NCBI RefSeq assembly: GCF_001194135.2
Contig: NC_068994.1
Location: 16,783,551-16,847,550, forward strand
Source: Octopus bimaculoides
Lineage: Eukaryota
Reading direction: 5' to 3'
Length of the DNA: 64,000 bases
The position numbers were made by a program, and so were the translations under genes. Shown here piece after piece: positions 1-12,394 of the stretch; within the stretch, counting starts at the first letter, position 1; each line of letters begins with the position of its first letter. The notes under the pieces are model-generated. The model saw only the letters and a list, made by a program, of their open reading frames with translations. It was not told the DNA's origin and did not search any database.

Positions 1-789
1 AAAATACAGGAAAAAGAAATACATTTTAACAGTATAATGCATAGAACTGATACTTATTTTCATATCTTTTCTAACTAACTTTCTATAGTTTATAAAATAC
101 CCCCAATAAAATGCAGGCGGTTTTCTTCCAACCAACTGTATTCTTTCTTTTTACAAGAGTTTTTCTCATGTGAAAATAAAATCCATTGTTATATGTAATC
201 AATTTCCATGAAAAAACAAATTCATGAGTAAGACCAACTTTGTAATTATCAGTCTTCTATCCTTTCTCCATTTACATCTAGGAAAGTGTTTCAGGATTAG
301 GCAAGGTGTTTCTTCCTTCCCTTTCCTTCCACTGTGTGGCAAAAGAAGGAGCGATGTTTCGCATCTCACAATGCAATTCAGTCCCTAATTCTAAATGCTT
401 CCATCACTGCCTTGAGAATTTTCTCAGAAGTGAATGGAGAAAAATTGTTTGCATATTTCAGTCACTCCCTTCCTTCTGATATTCAGTTTTGCATTTGGGG
501 ATTCCTTGTGACTGTTATTTCTATATTTTTCACTTTGTCAGTTTAGAGAGAGAGAGAGAGAGAGAGAGTTCAGGTTTGTTTTTCTGGGGAGAGAGATTTA
601 TTAAATTTTTAAGGAGATAAAAAAAAAAAAGAAAAAAGTCCCCTGCCCCATGTTTTCATGTTTTTTCTGCATGTAGTGTTTGNNNNNNNNNNAAAAGTCC
701 CCTGCCCCATGTTTTCATGTTTTTTTCTGCATGTAGTGTTTGTTTTGTCTTATGAAATGGCTTCATTGTTCTGGGTTCTCAATTGCTGA

Positions 790-848
<59 letters not shown>

Positions 849-1790
849 AGGGAATTCATAAAAAAACAAGACGAAGACAAGTGGTGTAGACAAAAAACAT
901 ATATTAGTTTAACGCTCGGGAAGTGAAAAAGTTTTTAATGTTTTGAGCTTACGCTTTTCCACAGAAAGAAACAAGGAGAGAAAATATATATGATCATGTT
1001 GGTGCCACAGAAGAAGCACCTAGTACACTCTGTGGAGTGGTTGGCATTAGGAAGGGCACTGAGCCATAGAAACCATGCCAGAACAAGCAATGGATTCTGG
1101 TGCAGCCCCTGGTCTTACCAACTCTAGTCAAACTGTCCAACCCATACCAGCATGGAAAACTGATGTTAAATGATGATGATGTAGGCATGGTCATATGATT
1201 AAAAAGTTCCCTTTTCATCCATGTTGCTTTGGTTTTATTCCTTCCTTTGCAGTACTTTAGGCAAGTGTCTTCAATTATAACTTCTGGTTGAGTAAAGAAA
1301 TTCAATGAGACTGAAATCATGTGGATGCTGATTGTGTATGCATAAATGACTGTGTTGGACAAATAAAACCTTCGAAGATTTGGATGCTATTTCTCGCAGG
1401 TCAAGTGAGCAAAATGGAAACTCCCACAATAGGTTGTCTGCTAGTGCTATATCCATTTACAAGTGGAATCACATGATGCATGAGTCTCTTGTATTCTTGC
1501 ATACCTTGGACATAAGAGTTTATTAATTGAAAGCTTAGAAGTGACTAGCATGTCCAGTAAGTTGGATGTGTTGCCTGTCAGTCGAGATTGCAAATATCCT
1601 GTAATGCAGTGTGGAAGCTGTAGTGTAGTCTTCTTTTTTTCACTGTTACCCATCCAGTTTTGGTGTGTTCAGCAGTTGGTAGTTATTGTAGCAGAGGTGT
1701 CTAGGAAAATTTGATTGATGTGAAAGCGAATAGAGCATCACATTTGTCATAGAATGTTCGAGCCTGTTAGATGATCTCTAGCTTTTACAT

Positions 1791-2447
1791 CAGTGGTTCT
1801 CAATTTTTTTGCGTATGGACCCCTTTGATTCCTATTTTGTTCTACTGGACCCAGCCTCATACCCAATCAGTGTCTAAAAAAATCCTGTTATAGGTAAGAA
1901 AGCATGGCAGTGTGGTAAGAAGCTTGCTTCCCAACTACAAGGTTCCGGGTTCAATCCCACTGTGTGATACCTTGGGCAAGTGTCTTCTATAGCCCCAGAC
2001 CGACCAAAGCCTTGTGAGTATTGGGTAGAGGAAAACTGAAAGAATAGATATTATTTATATGTATATATCTATGTGTGTGTGTCTTTGTGTTTGTCCCACC
2101 CACTTGCATCACTGCTTGACAACTGGGGCTGGTGTGTTTACATCCCTGTAATTTAGCAGTTCAGCAAAAGAAACCGATAAAACACCCTGCCTAAAAAAAT
2201 AAAATGTCTCGGGTTTGATTCATTTGACTAAAATTCTTTAAGGCGGTGCCCCAGCATGGTCGCAGTATAATGACTGAAACAAGTAAAAGATAAAAGATAA
2301 AATATTATTAGGAATTGTATTAAAAAATTCTTAGAATATTTTGTGTATTGTAGAAATATAACCAATAAGCAATAAAATATAACCATAAGCAATAAAATCT
2401 TATATGGATCCCCCAAGAGCCATGTGGACCCTGATTGAGAACCACTG
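1791..2447 (-). mobile_element. hAT-type MITE (same family as 56617) interrupted by a SINE
   Basis: CAGTGGTTCTCAAT at 1791 and ATTGAGAACCACTG ending 2447; SINE at about 1900-2299 inside. Confidence 0.75.
1900..2299 (+). mobile_element. tRNA-derived SINE family A (head GCATGGCTGTGTGGTAAGAAGCTTGCTTCCCAACCAC...GGTTCAGTCCC, internal microsatellite, tail GACTGAAACAAGTAAAAGA)
   Basis: Self-similarity to many other copies in the window; A/B-box-like head. Confidence 0.88.
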
Positions 2448-2504
2448 TAAAATTTTTGAATATTCAATCAAGCTAGCAAATTCCTTATTCTTCCTTATCT
2501 TTAA

Positions 2505-2920
2505 CCTTTTTACTTGTTTCAGTTGTTGGACTGCAGCTGTGCTGGGGCAACCCCCTTGAAGGGTTTTGGTGGAAAAAAAATCAACCCCAGTACTTATTTT
2601 TCCTTTTTTTTTTAAAGTCTGGTACTCTTTCTATCATTCACTTTTGCCAAACTGCTACGTTACATGGACAGTAAAAAATCCACGTTGGTTGTCAAGCAGT
2701 GGGGGGCTGGGGGAACAAACAACTAGTTAGTCAAATATCTAAAAGCACTTGCTCGTATATACAACGGGCTTCTTTCAGTTTTCGTCTACCAAATCTGCTC
2801 ACAAAACTTTGGTCAGCTCAGGGCTATAGTAGAAGACACTTGCTCTAAGTGCCATGTAGTGGGACTGAACTTGAAACCAAGTGGTTGGTAAACAAATTTC
2901 TGACCACATAGCCATGTCTG
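2505..2920 (-). mobile_element. SINE family A
   Basis: Reverse complement of the 1900-2299 consensus, full length. Confidence 0.85.
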
Positions 2921-4725
2921 TACGTTTTAGTTTTCTCTTTCAGTTCTTTTAGGAATGCTAAATACTTATGATTTACTTAAGTCATTTTGATTATTTAAAA
3001 GTAACATAATTGACCTTGTATTATTAAATCTCTCCACATACATGCATGTGTGAACAAAAGATTGTGATTTTTGTAAAGAAGCACTGTTGGTGGACATAAT
3101 ATTGTTGTTAGCGGTCTTGATAGTATTTCAATACTGCTTTTCAAAATTTTTTTCTTAGTCTGTCACTGACCACAAATCACTCTGAATGCTAATTAGAGTA
3201 GTAGTAGTAGTAGTAGTAGTAGTACCTTACTACACATATGAGGTAAGCTCTATCCCATGGATGGAAGATATCACAGGGCATCCTTTATGAAGGACTGTCA
3301 TTTGCTGCTTAGGTTTCAAATTTTGGCACAAGGCCGGAAAGTTTGGGAGAGGTGGCTAGTTGATTACATCACTCCCAGTGCTCAACTGGTTCCAGAAGGA
3401 CAAAAGGCAAAGCTGGCTTTGGCAGAATCTGAACTCAGAATGTAAAGACAGATGAAATGCCACTAAGCATTCTGCCTGGTGTGCTAATGTTTCTGCCAGC
3501 TTGCTGTCTTTGTCAGTTGCTACATATTGAATGGAGTTCTGCATTATGAATGCTTTGAAGTATATCTTCTACATTTATTATTGATACATGGAACTTGATA
3601 AGTAAATACTGATTAATACTTTTTTTATGATGCCCTGCCACTATACATGAGTTTTTTTCCCATTAAATGCTGTGCTTTTTTATGTAGCTATAATGCCTCA
3701 GTTTACTTGAGAACATTCAAAGTGAATATATAAAAGGATAAAAATATCCTCAGGGTGCTATAAAAAAAATGTTAGGGATGGGCTAAGATCTACTGATCCT
3801 ATTGTAAGTACATTGTTGTTTGACAGGTTGGGTTATTATGAAGTTGTTGTTTAGCCCTACGTCTGACATGATTAGACAGAGCTTTGATCATTATTTTCTG
3901 AAGAATGTGAATCTTGAACCACATTGATCCATTAGTTTTGTGAGGTAAAGTGTTACTTAGCTGCTATTTTTGATAGGACAAGCAAAACTGCTTAGAGAGT
4001 TTTTATTTTATAGTGGCATTCGGTTAGCCAGCTGTACTCTTGTTTCTTTATAGCCTGTTTGTAACAATATTCTGTTGAAATACACTGCTTTTGTGTCAAT
4101 GAATTTTGGATATAATGCAAAATAGCTGTTGTTATTAAGCTGGTGTTTGAAACAATATGAAATTTTAAGGAGAAAGTTTTTATTTAGATCATTTGAAAAC
4201 ATGAAGTTTGTATCTTATAACCAGGGGCTATCTCAGGCAGGTTGGTATCCGAATGGTTAAGCTGCATACTTCTCAAGGCAGGTAAGGCATGTAGGAAATC
4301 TGTGACATAAGATCCATTCAATTGAATATCCCCATAAATCAACATCTCAGCCCCTATAAAATCTTAAATATACTAAAAATTTCTATCACTGTTGATTGAA
4401 CTTGGAGAGAAAAATCTCTGCAAACCTGTTTTAACTCTGTCTTTGTGTAGTTTAGATATAAAAAAAAAAACAATGTCATTTAAGTGTGGTTATGATAGCA
4501 TTACTCTAGAGTGAAGTACTGGCAAGGCTATAGTGCTAAGTGCATGGTGAACCAAATCTGGCATGTGTGACTGGCTGGGGTATGGTGGTGTTAATTGTAT
4601 GGTGAAGCAAATTTGTGATAGAGGTTTTAATTTTCATTGCTTTTTGGGAAAGGCATGGACATCACAATTTTATTAGCCATTTCATATAAATCTGAGCCTT
4701 TATACTTATAAAAAAAAAAACCACA

Positions 4726-4898
4726 AGTGCAAGTATGGCTGTGTAATAAGAGGCTTGCTTTTCAACCACAGGGTTCCAGGTTCAGTCCCACTGCATGGCA
4801 CCTTGGGCAAGCATCTTCTACTAAAGCCTTGGGCTGACCAAAGCCAGCCTTGTGAGTGGATTTGGTAGATGGAAACTGAAAGCATCCCATTGTATGTA

Positions 4899-4934
<36 letters not shown>

Positions 4935-5140
4935 CATTTCTGTGTTTGCCACCCCCCACCCCCCCCATTGCTTGACAACCAGTGTTGGTGTGTTTATGTC
5001 CCTATAACTTAGCATGGTTCGGCAAAAAGACTGATAGAATAAGTACCAATGTTACAAACAGTCACATGGTTGATTTCTTCGACTAAAAGGTGGTGCTCCA
5101 GCATGGCCACAATCAAATGACTGAAACAAGTAAAAGAATA
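4726..5140 (+). mobile_element. SINE family A
   Basis: Full-length copy with internal (TG)n(TA)n. Confidence 0.88.
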
Positions 5141-5483
5141 GTTATGCAAGTCGGTGCGTTTATAGAATTGGTAGAGCATTTAAACCAAATATTACATATT
5201 ATATAGAGTTATGTTCTGAGTTTAAATCCAGCTGAAGTTCTCTTTGTCCCTCATTATTCCAAAATTAATAGAACCAAGTACAGATACAACATTGAAAGTG
5301 TACAATGCAAGGTACTAGTAAACTAGTCTGGCAGTTGTGTGAATTTCTAGTTCATTCTCATTAATTAGCATGGATTATAAGGGGTCCTGGACCATCAGTA
5401 TCTGGAAAGTCAGTGTTTTGTCTGTACAAGTTGAGTGATGAGTTGATCGACTCTTTCTGCCCTCAAAATTAATGGCCTGCCTA

Positions 5484-5830
5484 TTCTTATATTTTACTTG
5501 TTTCAGTCATTTGACTGCAGCCATGCTGGGGGCACTGCCTTTAAGGGTTTTAGTTGCATTAATCAACCCCAGTACTTTTTATTATTTCAAGCCTGGTACT
5601 CTTTTGCTGAACCACTAAATTACAGGGATGTAAAAACACCAACGGTAGTTGTCAAGCAGTGGTGTGTGAGACACACGCACGCACGCATGCACGCTTCTTT
5701 CAGTTTCCATCTACTAAATCCACTCTCTAGGCTTTAGTTGGCTTGAGGTGAGAGAAGACACTTGCTCAAGGTGCCACACAGTGTGACTGAACCCAGCAAG
5801 TTTCTTACCACACAGTCACTCTTGCTCCTG
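5484..5830 (-). mobile_element. SINE family A
   Basis: Reverse-oriented copy. Confidence 0.8.
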
Positions 5831-5843
5831 TGTTAGGAAAACT

Positions 5844-6057
5844 TCAACCCTTTAGCATTCAAATTACTCTGTCAAATGTAATGCTTATTTATCCACATTG
5901 TTTTGAAGTAATCATGCATTATCTTGTAGCTTTGAAATTTCAGTGATGTGACTATATATTTAGAATGACATTGAAGGGTAGGTGTAAGAGGCCAGATCTG
6001 GTTCATTTCAACATAAAACAGGTAAAAATATTTGGGTTGAATATGTTAAAGGGTTAA
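5844..6057 (+). mobile_element. piggyBac-type TTAA MITE family 1 (about 215 bp)
   Basis: Termini (TT)AACCCTTTAGCATT...AAAGGGTTAA. About 11 copies: 5844-6057 (+), 6424-6635 (-), 14256-14470 (+), 16024-16230 (-), 34462-34650 (-), 37390-37577 (-), 38730-38930 (+), 42975-43180 (-), 47184-47406 (+), 49308-49546 (+), 51765-51967 (+). Confidence 0.85.
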
Positions 6058-7377
6058 TGAATCAGATTTTTTAAACTTTATTCATCATCTCTCCTTAAAA
6101 TACAGTTGAAATTCACTATGTAAAGGTGGAAATATGTGATCGAGTTTTTATAGCTAAGAATGCTGCTTTTTACTTTTTTCTTTTTTTTTTTTTAACTATA
6201 AAAGCATGTTCTGAATGAATGAATGTGGATAGTTGTGTTAATAGAATACAGTAGGAAAACCAGGTTAGCTATTGTCTCATCACTGGCTTTGTTGTCAGTA
6301 GGTAAGACACTCTAAATATTCAGTGCATTTAGTATATTTGACTCCTTTCTTTAACATTACAGAAATTAGAATTTAATACTGCTTTTATGGGACTTCAAAT
6401 TATAGGAGGGTTAGCTAGTATTATTTAAACCAGCCATATCTAGCCCAAATATTCTATTTGTTTTATGGTCAAACTGACCAGATCTGGCCTCTCACACTTA
6501 TCCTACAATGTTATTCTAGAAATAAACAATCACATATAATCTCGAAGCGCTATGAGCTAATGCAGGATTAATTCAAAATAATGTGAATGAATAAGCATTG
6601 CATTTGACAGAGTAATCTGAATGCTAAAGGGTTAACTTAGAAATTGTTTACTTCTAGATATGTACAAGGATTGAGAATAATCAAATGCTGTTTTTTTTTT
6701 TTTTTTTTGTTACTGGTTCTCACTTCAACCCAGGGGGCGGTGACTACTGAGGTTATCTTTCCACTTGTCTGCCATTGGGCTGCGGCCATGCTGAGGCACC
6801 ACTTGAAAGTGGGCTGCTTAACCATAAGCTATGCCTGTGTTTTGGTCTGAGTATACATCCATATACGAGGGATGAATAATTTCAGTGTGAATGCTAGCAC
6901 TTGTATAAGTTTGTGTCTTCACGGCTTTTTATTACCTCCGCCTCAGCGAAGGTGGAAGTATTGTTTTCAGTGGACAAGATATCTCCAGAACTGCTGGATA
7001 GATTCGTATGAAACTTTCAGGGATGTTTGGCCTTCACAATTGCATTTCTAGCTTTGCCTTCAAGGAAACTTTACTTCTTGGACTCTTGTTTTTGTGTGCA
7101 ATGATGTTGTTAAACCTCTGTTAACAGCACCCTATGCAGGTCTTTCCATTTTCTTTCATGCACAGATAAATTTTTCATTATAGACCTTAATGATTGTGAA
7201 GACACTACATCAGTGGATAGACTAAAAAAGGCCTTCATAGAGGAAACTGTCCCTGTTCTCACTGCAGACGACACACACACACAGCATTACAAACATGACC
7301 CGCACACCCACCTTCACGTTCCATTTCTACCATTGGGATCGATCAGGTGCCGAACAAGGATTCTGGATTATTTTTCT

Positions 7378-7416
<39 letters not shown>

Positions 7417-7844
7417 AATTTTTGAGAGCAGTCAGGTTCAGTTTTAGTATTCTTGTTTGTGAGAGCAGTCGAGTTTATTTCAGATATTCTCATTTTAAAA
7501 ATCATCTCTGGCTAATTGTTGAGAGGATGTTGGTGTTGTCTTGGCTGGGGTTTGTGCCCTGAGTGCTCTTGTTTATTTTCTTTTTAAACTAGACAGCAAA
7601 ATTCAATTTTAATTCATCACATCACCATTTTAATGTCCACTATTTCCATGCTTGTATGGGATGGAAGGAATTTTTTTGAGGTGAATTTTTTAAGGCCAGT
7701 TGCACTTCCTCACCTGTTTCTAAGTTAGGTGATGTATTTCCATGACCAGACATGTTTTCTTGGAAGATTGGAAATGAAGGACACTGCTTGCCATGACAGT
7801 AACATTTATTTAAACTATCATTTGATGTCAAAGCAGGGAGACGG

Positions 7845-8008
7845 GAATACACACACATACACACATACATTCCTGCATACATATATACTTATGCTGTATG
7901 TATATACACATGTGTATGTATGTATATACGTGTATGTATGTATATATGTGTGTATGTATATATGTGTGTATGTATATACGTGTGTATGTATAATTATATG
8001 TATGTGTG
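7845..8008. repeat. Compound (CA)/(TA)/(TG) microsatellite between two oppositely oriented family-B fragments
   Basis: Direct reading. Confidence 0.9.
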
Positions 8009-8330
8009 TCGGTGCCATGTAGCAGCATCTGTGCTAGTGCCACGTAAAAAACACCCAGTACACTCTCTAAAGTGGTTGGCGTTAGGAAGGGTATCCAGCT
8101 GTAGAAGCCATGCCAAAACAGACAGTTGGAACTTGGACAGCTCTCTGGCTGACCAGCTCCTGTCAAACCATCCAATCCATACCAGCATGGGAAATAAATG
8201 TTAAATGATGCTGCTGACACACACATACACACAGTGAACATCTTTTACCTTTCGTTATATATATAAGAGATGAGGAATTATGTACATTATTTTCATTTGA
8301 CGGATATTTGTCCTCATCTTGTTTGTTGTT

Positions 8331-8376
8331 AACACAACATTTCGGCTGATATACCCTCCAGCCTTCATCAGGTGTT
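8331..8376 (-). ncRNA. Minimal type-I hammerhead ribozyme (core intact)
   Basis: Minus strand: AACAC-CTGATGA-A-GGCTG(GAGGGTATAT)CAGCC-GAAA-TG-T-T-GTGTT. Stem I AACAC/GTGTT and stem II GGCTG/CAGCC are perfect; stem III is the short ATGT quasi-palindrome; predicted triplet GUU. Confidence 0.75.
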
Positions 8377-8676
8377 TTGGGGAAATTTTGAACCTGGGTT
8401 CTCATTCCCAAAGTATTTTTCGATATTATTATTATTATTATTATTATTATTATCATTCAGGTCACTGCTTGGAATCCCCTGTGGATGAAGTTAAAATAAT
8501 AGACAGAGAACACCACTGGAAAATACGAAAAGTAAAAGAAGCAGCACATATGCTAGGACACAACAACCTCCTAAGCAGACCGAGTGCGGATATGAATAAC
8601 ATATGGGAACTGGTATTAAGGAAAGATAGGAAAATATTAGATTTATAAGCCCTAAAATTCACTCCATAATTGTCCA

Positions 8677-8747
8677 CGGGCATATGGCGTAGTGATTAAG
8701 AGCGCAACTACTAACCTTAAGATTCTAAGTTCGATTCCAAGCAGTGA

Positions 8748-8750
<3 letters not shown>
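8677..8750 (+). promoter_or_regulatory. tRNA-like internal Pol III promoter (A box/B box) at the head of the PLE arm
   Basis: A-box-like TGGCGTAGTGA at 8685-8695 and B box GTTCGATTCC at 8729-8738, tRNA-like spacing, followed by (AAT)n. Confidence 0.65.
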
Positions 8751-8782
<32 letters not shown>

Positions 8783-8829
8783 TCAAAAAATATCTAAGGG
8801 ATGAGAACCCAGGTTCAAAATTTCCCCAA

Positions 8830-8875
8830 GACACTTGATGAAGACTGGAGGGTGTATCAGCTGAAATGTTGTGTT
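8830..8875 (+). ncRNA. Degenerate copy of the same hammerhead
   Basis: GACAC-TTGATGA-A-GACTG(GAGGGTGTAT)CAGCT-GAAA-TGTT-GTGTT; C3>T and stem II mismatches, probably inactive. Confidence 0.6.
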
Positions 8876-9391
8876 AACAACAAAGATGACAAATATCTGC
8901 CAAATGTAAATAATCTTTTGCCTTCCATCTACCAAATCCACTCATAAGACTGTGGTCATTCTTAGGCTGTAGCAGAAGACACTTGCTTAAGGTTCCGCAT
9001 AATAGAATTGAATCTAGAACCATGTGGATAGAGATGGTGGCAAAGTGCAGGCATATTCATAAGGGACAGGGGATCAGAATATAAATGGGATGATTGAGTA
9101 AAGGAAGAGAGAAATATAAATGGTGGCAAGTGTCAGGGCATACCTTTTAGGTTCAAAGGTCATAACATAAATGGCAGGATATTGCAAAAGAAGCAGGATT
9201 AAAGAGTGTAGAGGGGTGGTGAAAACCTGGGTATATATAGAGTAGTGGGGGCCACTGGATAACAGTGATACAGACTAACAGGGCTGTGAGGACAGGATTG
9301 GGGAGTGATAAGTGTCGTGTAGTGCATGAAGGAGGAAATATATATTTATGATTATATTTATGTTATGTTTGTGTGTGTGTACATACATATG

Positions 9392-9432
<41 letters not shown>

Positions 9433-10227
9433 CAGTTGGTTTCATTTAATTGTTGAACATTTCAAAACACCTAACCATTTAGCATGAAATTTCTACAAAA
9501 CTGATTGGTTGATTCCATATGCAAATAATCAATTTTTGTTAATTGCATTGTGGTGGATTGTAGCGTAAAATTGAACATTTAATTTGATTGGAATAATGTG
9601 ATTCTTGGAGCTTCTATTTTTCACAATGAGTTAAAATGACATTAATTCAATGTTTACAAACAGCTGATGTCAAGCTATCAAAGTTCAAATTCATGCTTGA
9701 TTTTTTTCTCCCTTTTTTTTTTTAATTTTGTAATGCATTTCTTTAACAAATTCATCTTCTGTGCAGATAAAAAATTGCAAAAAGAATGTTTTAAATCAAG
9801 TTGTGAATGGATGCTATTTTGGTATTTTCATTATCAACTACATTAGCTAATGAAGTGATTGAATTTTTCCTAACTGTATTCACCTTAGTTATTATCATTG
9901 ATTAATTTAAAGTTTAAGCTTGTCATCACTTTTAATGTCCACTTTTCTATGCTTTTTGCATGGGTCAGACAGTTTATTCAGGCAGATTTTCTATGGCCAG
10001 ATGCCTTTCCTGTTGCGAGCCCACACCTGTTACCAAGCAAAGTAATGTATTCACTATGGCCAGACATGCTCTTGCAATGTATTTAAAATGAATGACGCTG
10101 TTTGTGTGACAGTGACAATCATTTTACAACTATCACACAATGTTGAGACAAGGAGACACAAACATACATTTGTACACAAACACATGCATGCATGCACGTG
10201 TGTATATATGTATATATTTATTGAGAT

Positions 10228-10508
10228 TGTTGCCAGTGCCGCTGGACTGGCTCCTGTGCAGGTGGCACATAAAATACACCATTTTGAGCGTGGCTGTTGC
10301 CAGTACCGCCTGACTGGCCTTTGTGCCGGTGGCAAGTAAAAGCACCCACTACACTCTCAGAGTGGTTGGCCTTAGGAAGGGTATCCAGCTGTAGAAACTC
10401 TGCCAAATCAGATTGGAGCCTGGTGTAGCCATCTGGTTTCACCAGTCCTCAGTCAAATCGTCCAACCCATGCTAGCATGGAAAGCAGACGTTAAACGATG
10501 ATGATGAT
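10228..10508 (+). mobile_element. Retroposon family B (RTE-type 3' end with (GAT)n tail)
   Basis: Shared core AAAAGCACCCACTACACTCT..GAGTGGTTGGCGTTAGGAAGGGCATCCAGCTGTAGAAAC...CATGCTAGCATGGAAAGC.GACGTTAAACGATGATGAT. Further copies at about 995-1185, 8008-8215, 18762-18937, 57230-57420, 57760-57870 and 58850-58960; reverse fragments at 7630-7830, 9930-10080, 13470-13630, 29190-29370 and 32700-32900. Confidence 0.88.
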
Positions 10509-10527
10509 TTATGTAATTATATATATA

Positions 10528-11751
10528 TCAGGTCAAATGTCTGATTTTGAATTGAAAGCTTAATTTACTTTACCTTAACAAAAAGCATTGCAGTTAATCA
10601 AAGTATGCACCTAAATTATCAACACAATTTTGCCATTTTATCAGTAGCTTATTTATGCCAGCAGCGAAGAATTCTGGCAAGCAAGAGGTAATGAACACAG
10701 GAAAGGCTGTTTTTGCATCTTTTTCAGGTTTGAAGCTTTTTTCCTTGCAAAAAGTCGTTTAATGCTTGGAAAACATGATAGTCAGTTGGTGCAAGGTCTG
10801 GTGAATATGGTAGATGACAAAGTACTTCCAAGTTCAGCTCCTGTAACTTGAGTAGCTTTCTTTGTGCAACATGTGATGGAGCATTGTCTTGCAAGAGAAC
10901 TGGCCTGTCTCTATTGACCAATCTCAGTTGTTTAATTGCAAGTTTACTCATCATATCACCCAATTGGTTGAGGTATACATCTGCTGTAATAGACTTACCA
11001 GGTCTCGTGAAGCTGTAGTGAATGACACCAGCACTGGACCATGAAACAGACACCATTAGCCTTTTTTTGGTGAATATTCTTTTTTGGATTATGTTTTGGC
11101 ACTTCGTCTCTAACCAACCACCATGCAGAATGCTTGCTATTGTTGGAAAGAATCCAGTTTTCATTACACGTAACAATACAATACAAAAATGCTTTGCTTT
11201 TATGCCATGAGAGCAAAGAAAAGCAAGTTTCAAGATGATGTTTCATTTGATGCTTGTTCAGTTCATGTGGTACCCACTTGTCCAGCTTCTTTACCATGCC
11301 AATTTGTTTCAGATGGTCCAATATAGTTGGAATCGAATCATCAAACCTTGCTGCTAACTGATGCATAGTTTGATATGTCTCGGATTTACCACGGGGCTGA
11401 TTTTCAAGAATGAAGTCACCAGACTGCAACTTCTCGAAACCTTCGATGTACAGTGTGCTCATTCACACATCTTCACCAAACACCTCATTGATGTTGCGAG
11501 CTGTCTAGGATTCATTGGTTCCGTGACGGAACTTGTATTCATAAACAAGAATTTTTGATCTATCCTTGGGTTCACAAAAATTCATTTACAAGAGAGAACT
11601 TATAATATAATCAAACACCATGAATTGCATTTCGAAAAGTAATGTAACTCTTCAATGTTGTAAAACAAAGAATCGTCAGGATAAAACAGAGTTGACGACT
11701 GTCAAACTTGGTGCATAAGAAAATTGGACATTACGTTTTTTTATAACCTGA
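10528..11751 (-). mobile_element. Near full-length degenerate mariner (DD34D-type) transposon
   Basis: Frameshifted transposase with WVPHEL, CIVTCNENW, LLQDNAPSH and YSPDLAPTDY motifs (ORFs 10995..11462, 10724..11233); ends TA|TCAGGT...ACCTGA|TA; 1224 bp. Confidence 0.92.
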
Positions 11752-11752
11752 T

Positions 11753-11854
<102 letters not shown>

Positions 11855-12394
11855 GCAAACAAGAAAAATACAACTCAAAAAATGAGTACATGTATATTTT
11901 TATGAATATTTAGAAGTAACAGAGTGACCCAGAGTCTGAGAGCTTAGTGCAATGACACTTCTCAAACTGCTCTGAGAGTTTCGTGCACTGGCACTTATGA
12001 AACTGATAGGTGCCAACACATGAAACTCTCAGACCTTGAGTTAATTTGTTACTTCTGCTAAATATTGAAAAAAAAACAACAAAAAAAACACGTACACAAA
12101 AACACACATACAAACACAAACACGCGCACATACACACACNNNNNNNNNNNNNNNNNNNNNNNNNNNNNNNNNNNNNNNNNNNNNNNNNNNNNNNNNNNNN
12201 NNNNNNNNNNNNNNNNNNNNNNNNNNNNNNNNNNNNNNNACACAATGGGCTTCTTTCATTTTCTGTCTATCAAATCCACTCACAACATTTGGTTGGCCCT
12301 GGGACATAGTAGAAGACACTTGTCCAAGGTGCCATGCAATGGCACTGAACACAGAACCATGTGGTTGGGAAACAACTGTCTTACCACATGCTGA

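Larger units (their letters stand above)
8250..8915. mobile_element. Penelope-like (PLE) non-autonomous composite: inverted partial pLTR + GIY-YIG C-terminal fragment + tRNA-headed pLTR with hammerhead
   Basis: 8250-8476 is the reverse complement of 8733-8915 plus extra 3' sequence. Spacer 8477-8648 reads VDEVKIIDREHHWKIRKVKEAAHMLGHNNLLSRPSADMNNIWELVL, which resembles the PLE GIY-YIG tail. Hammerhead cores lie in both arms. Confidence 0.75.

Noticed and set aside
634-742. 49-bp direct duplication
   Set aside because: The two copies flank a 10-N gap, the typical signature of an unmerged contig overlap (assembly artefact).
7080-7400. GC-richer segment with ORF 7213..7425
   Set aside because: No recognisable domain or splice-compatible ends; probably a LINE fragment, but not assignable by eye.
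10218-10442. Recurring ORF MKPDGYTRLQSDLAEFLQ... (also 25698, 40755, 46639)
   Set aside because: It is the antisense reading of retroposon family B; copies differ by frameshifts and show no domain.
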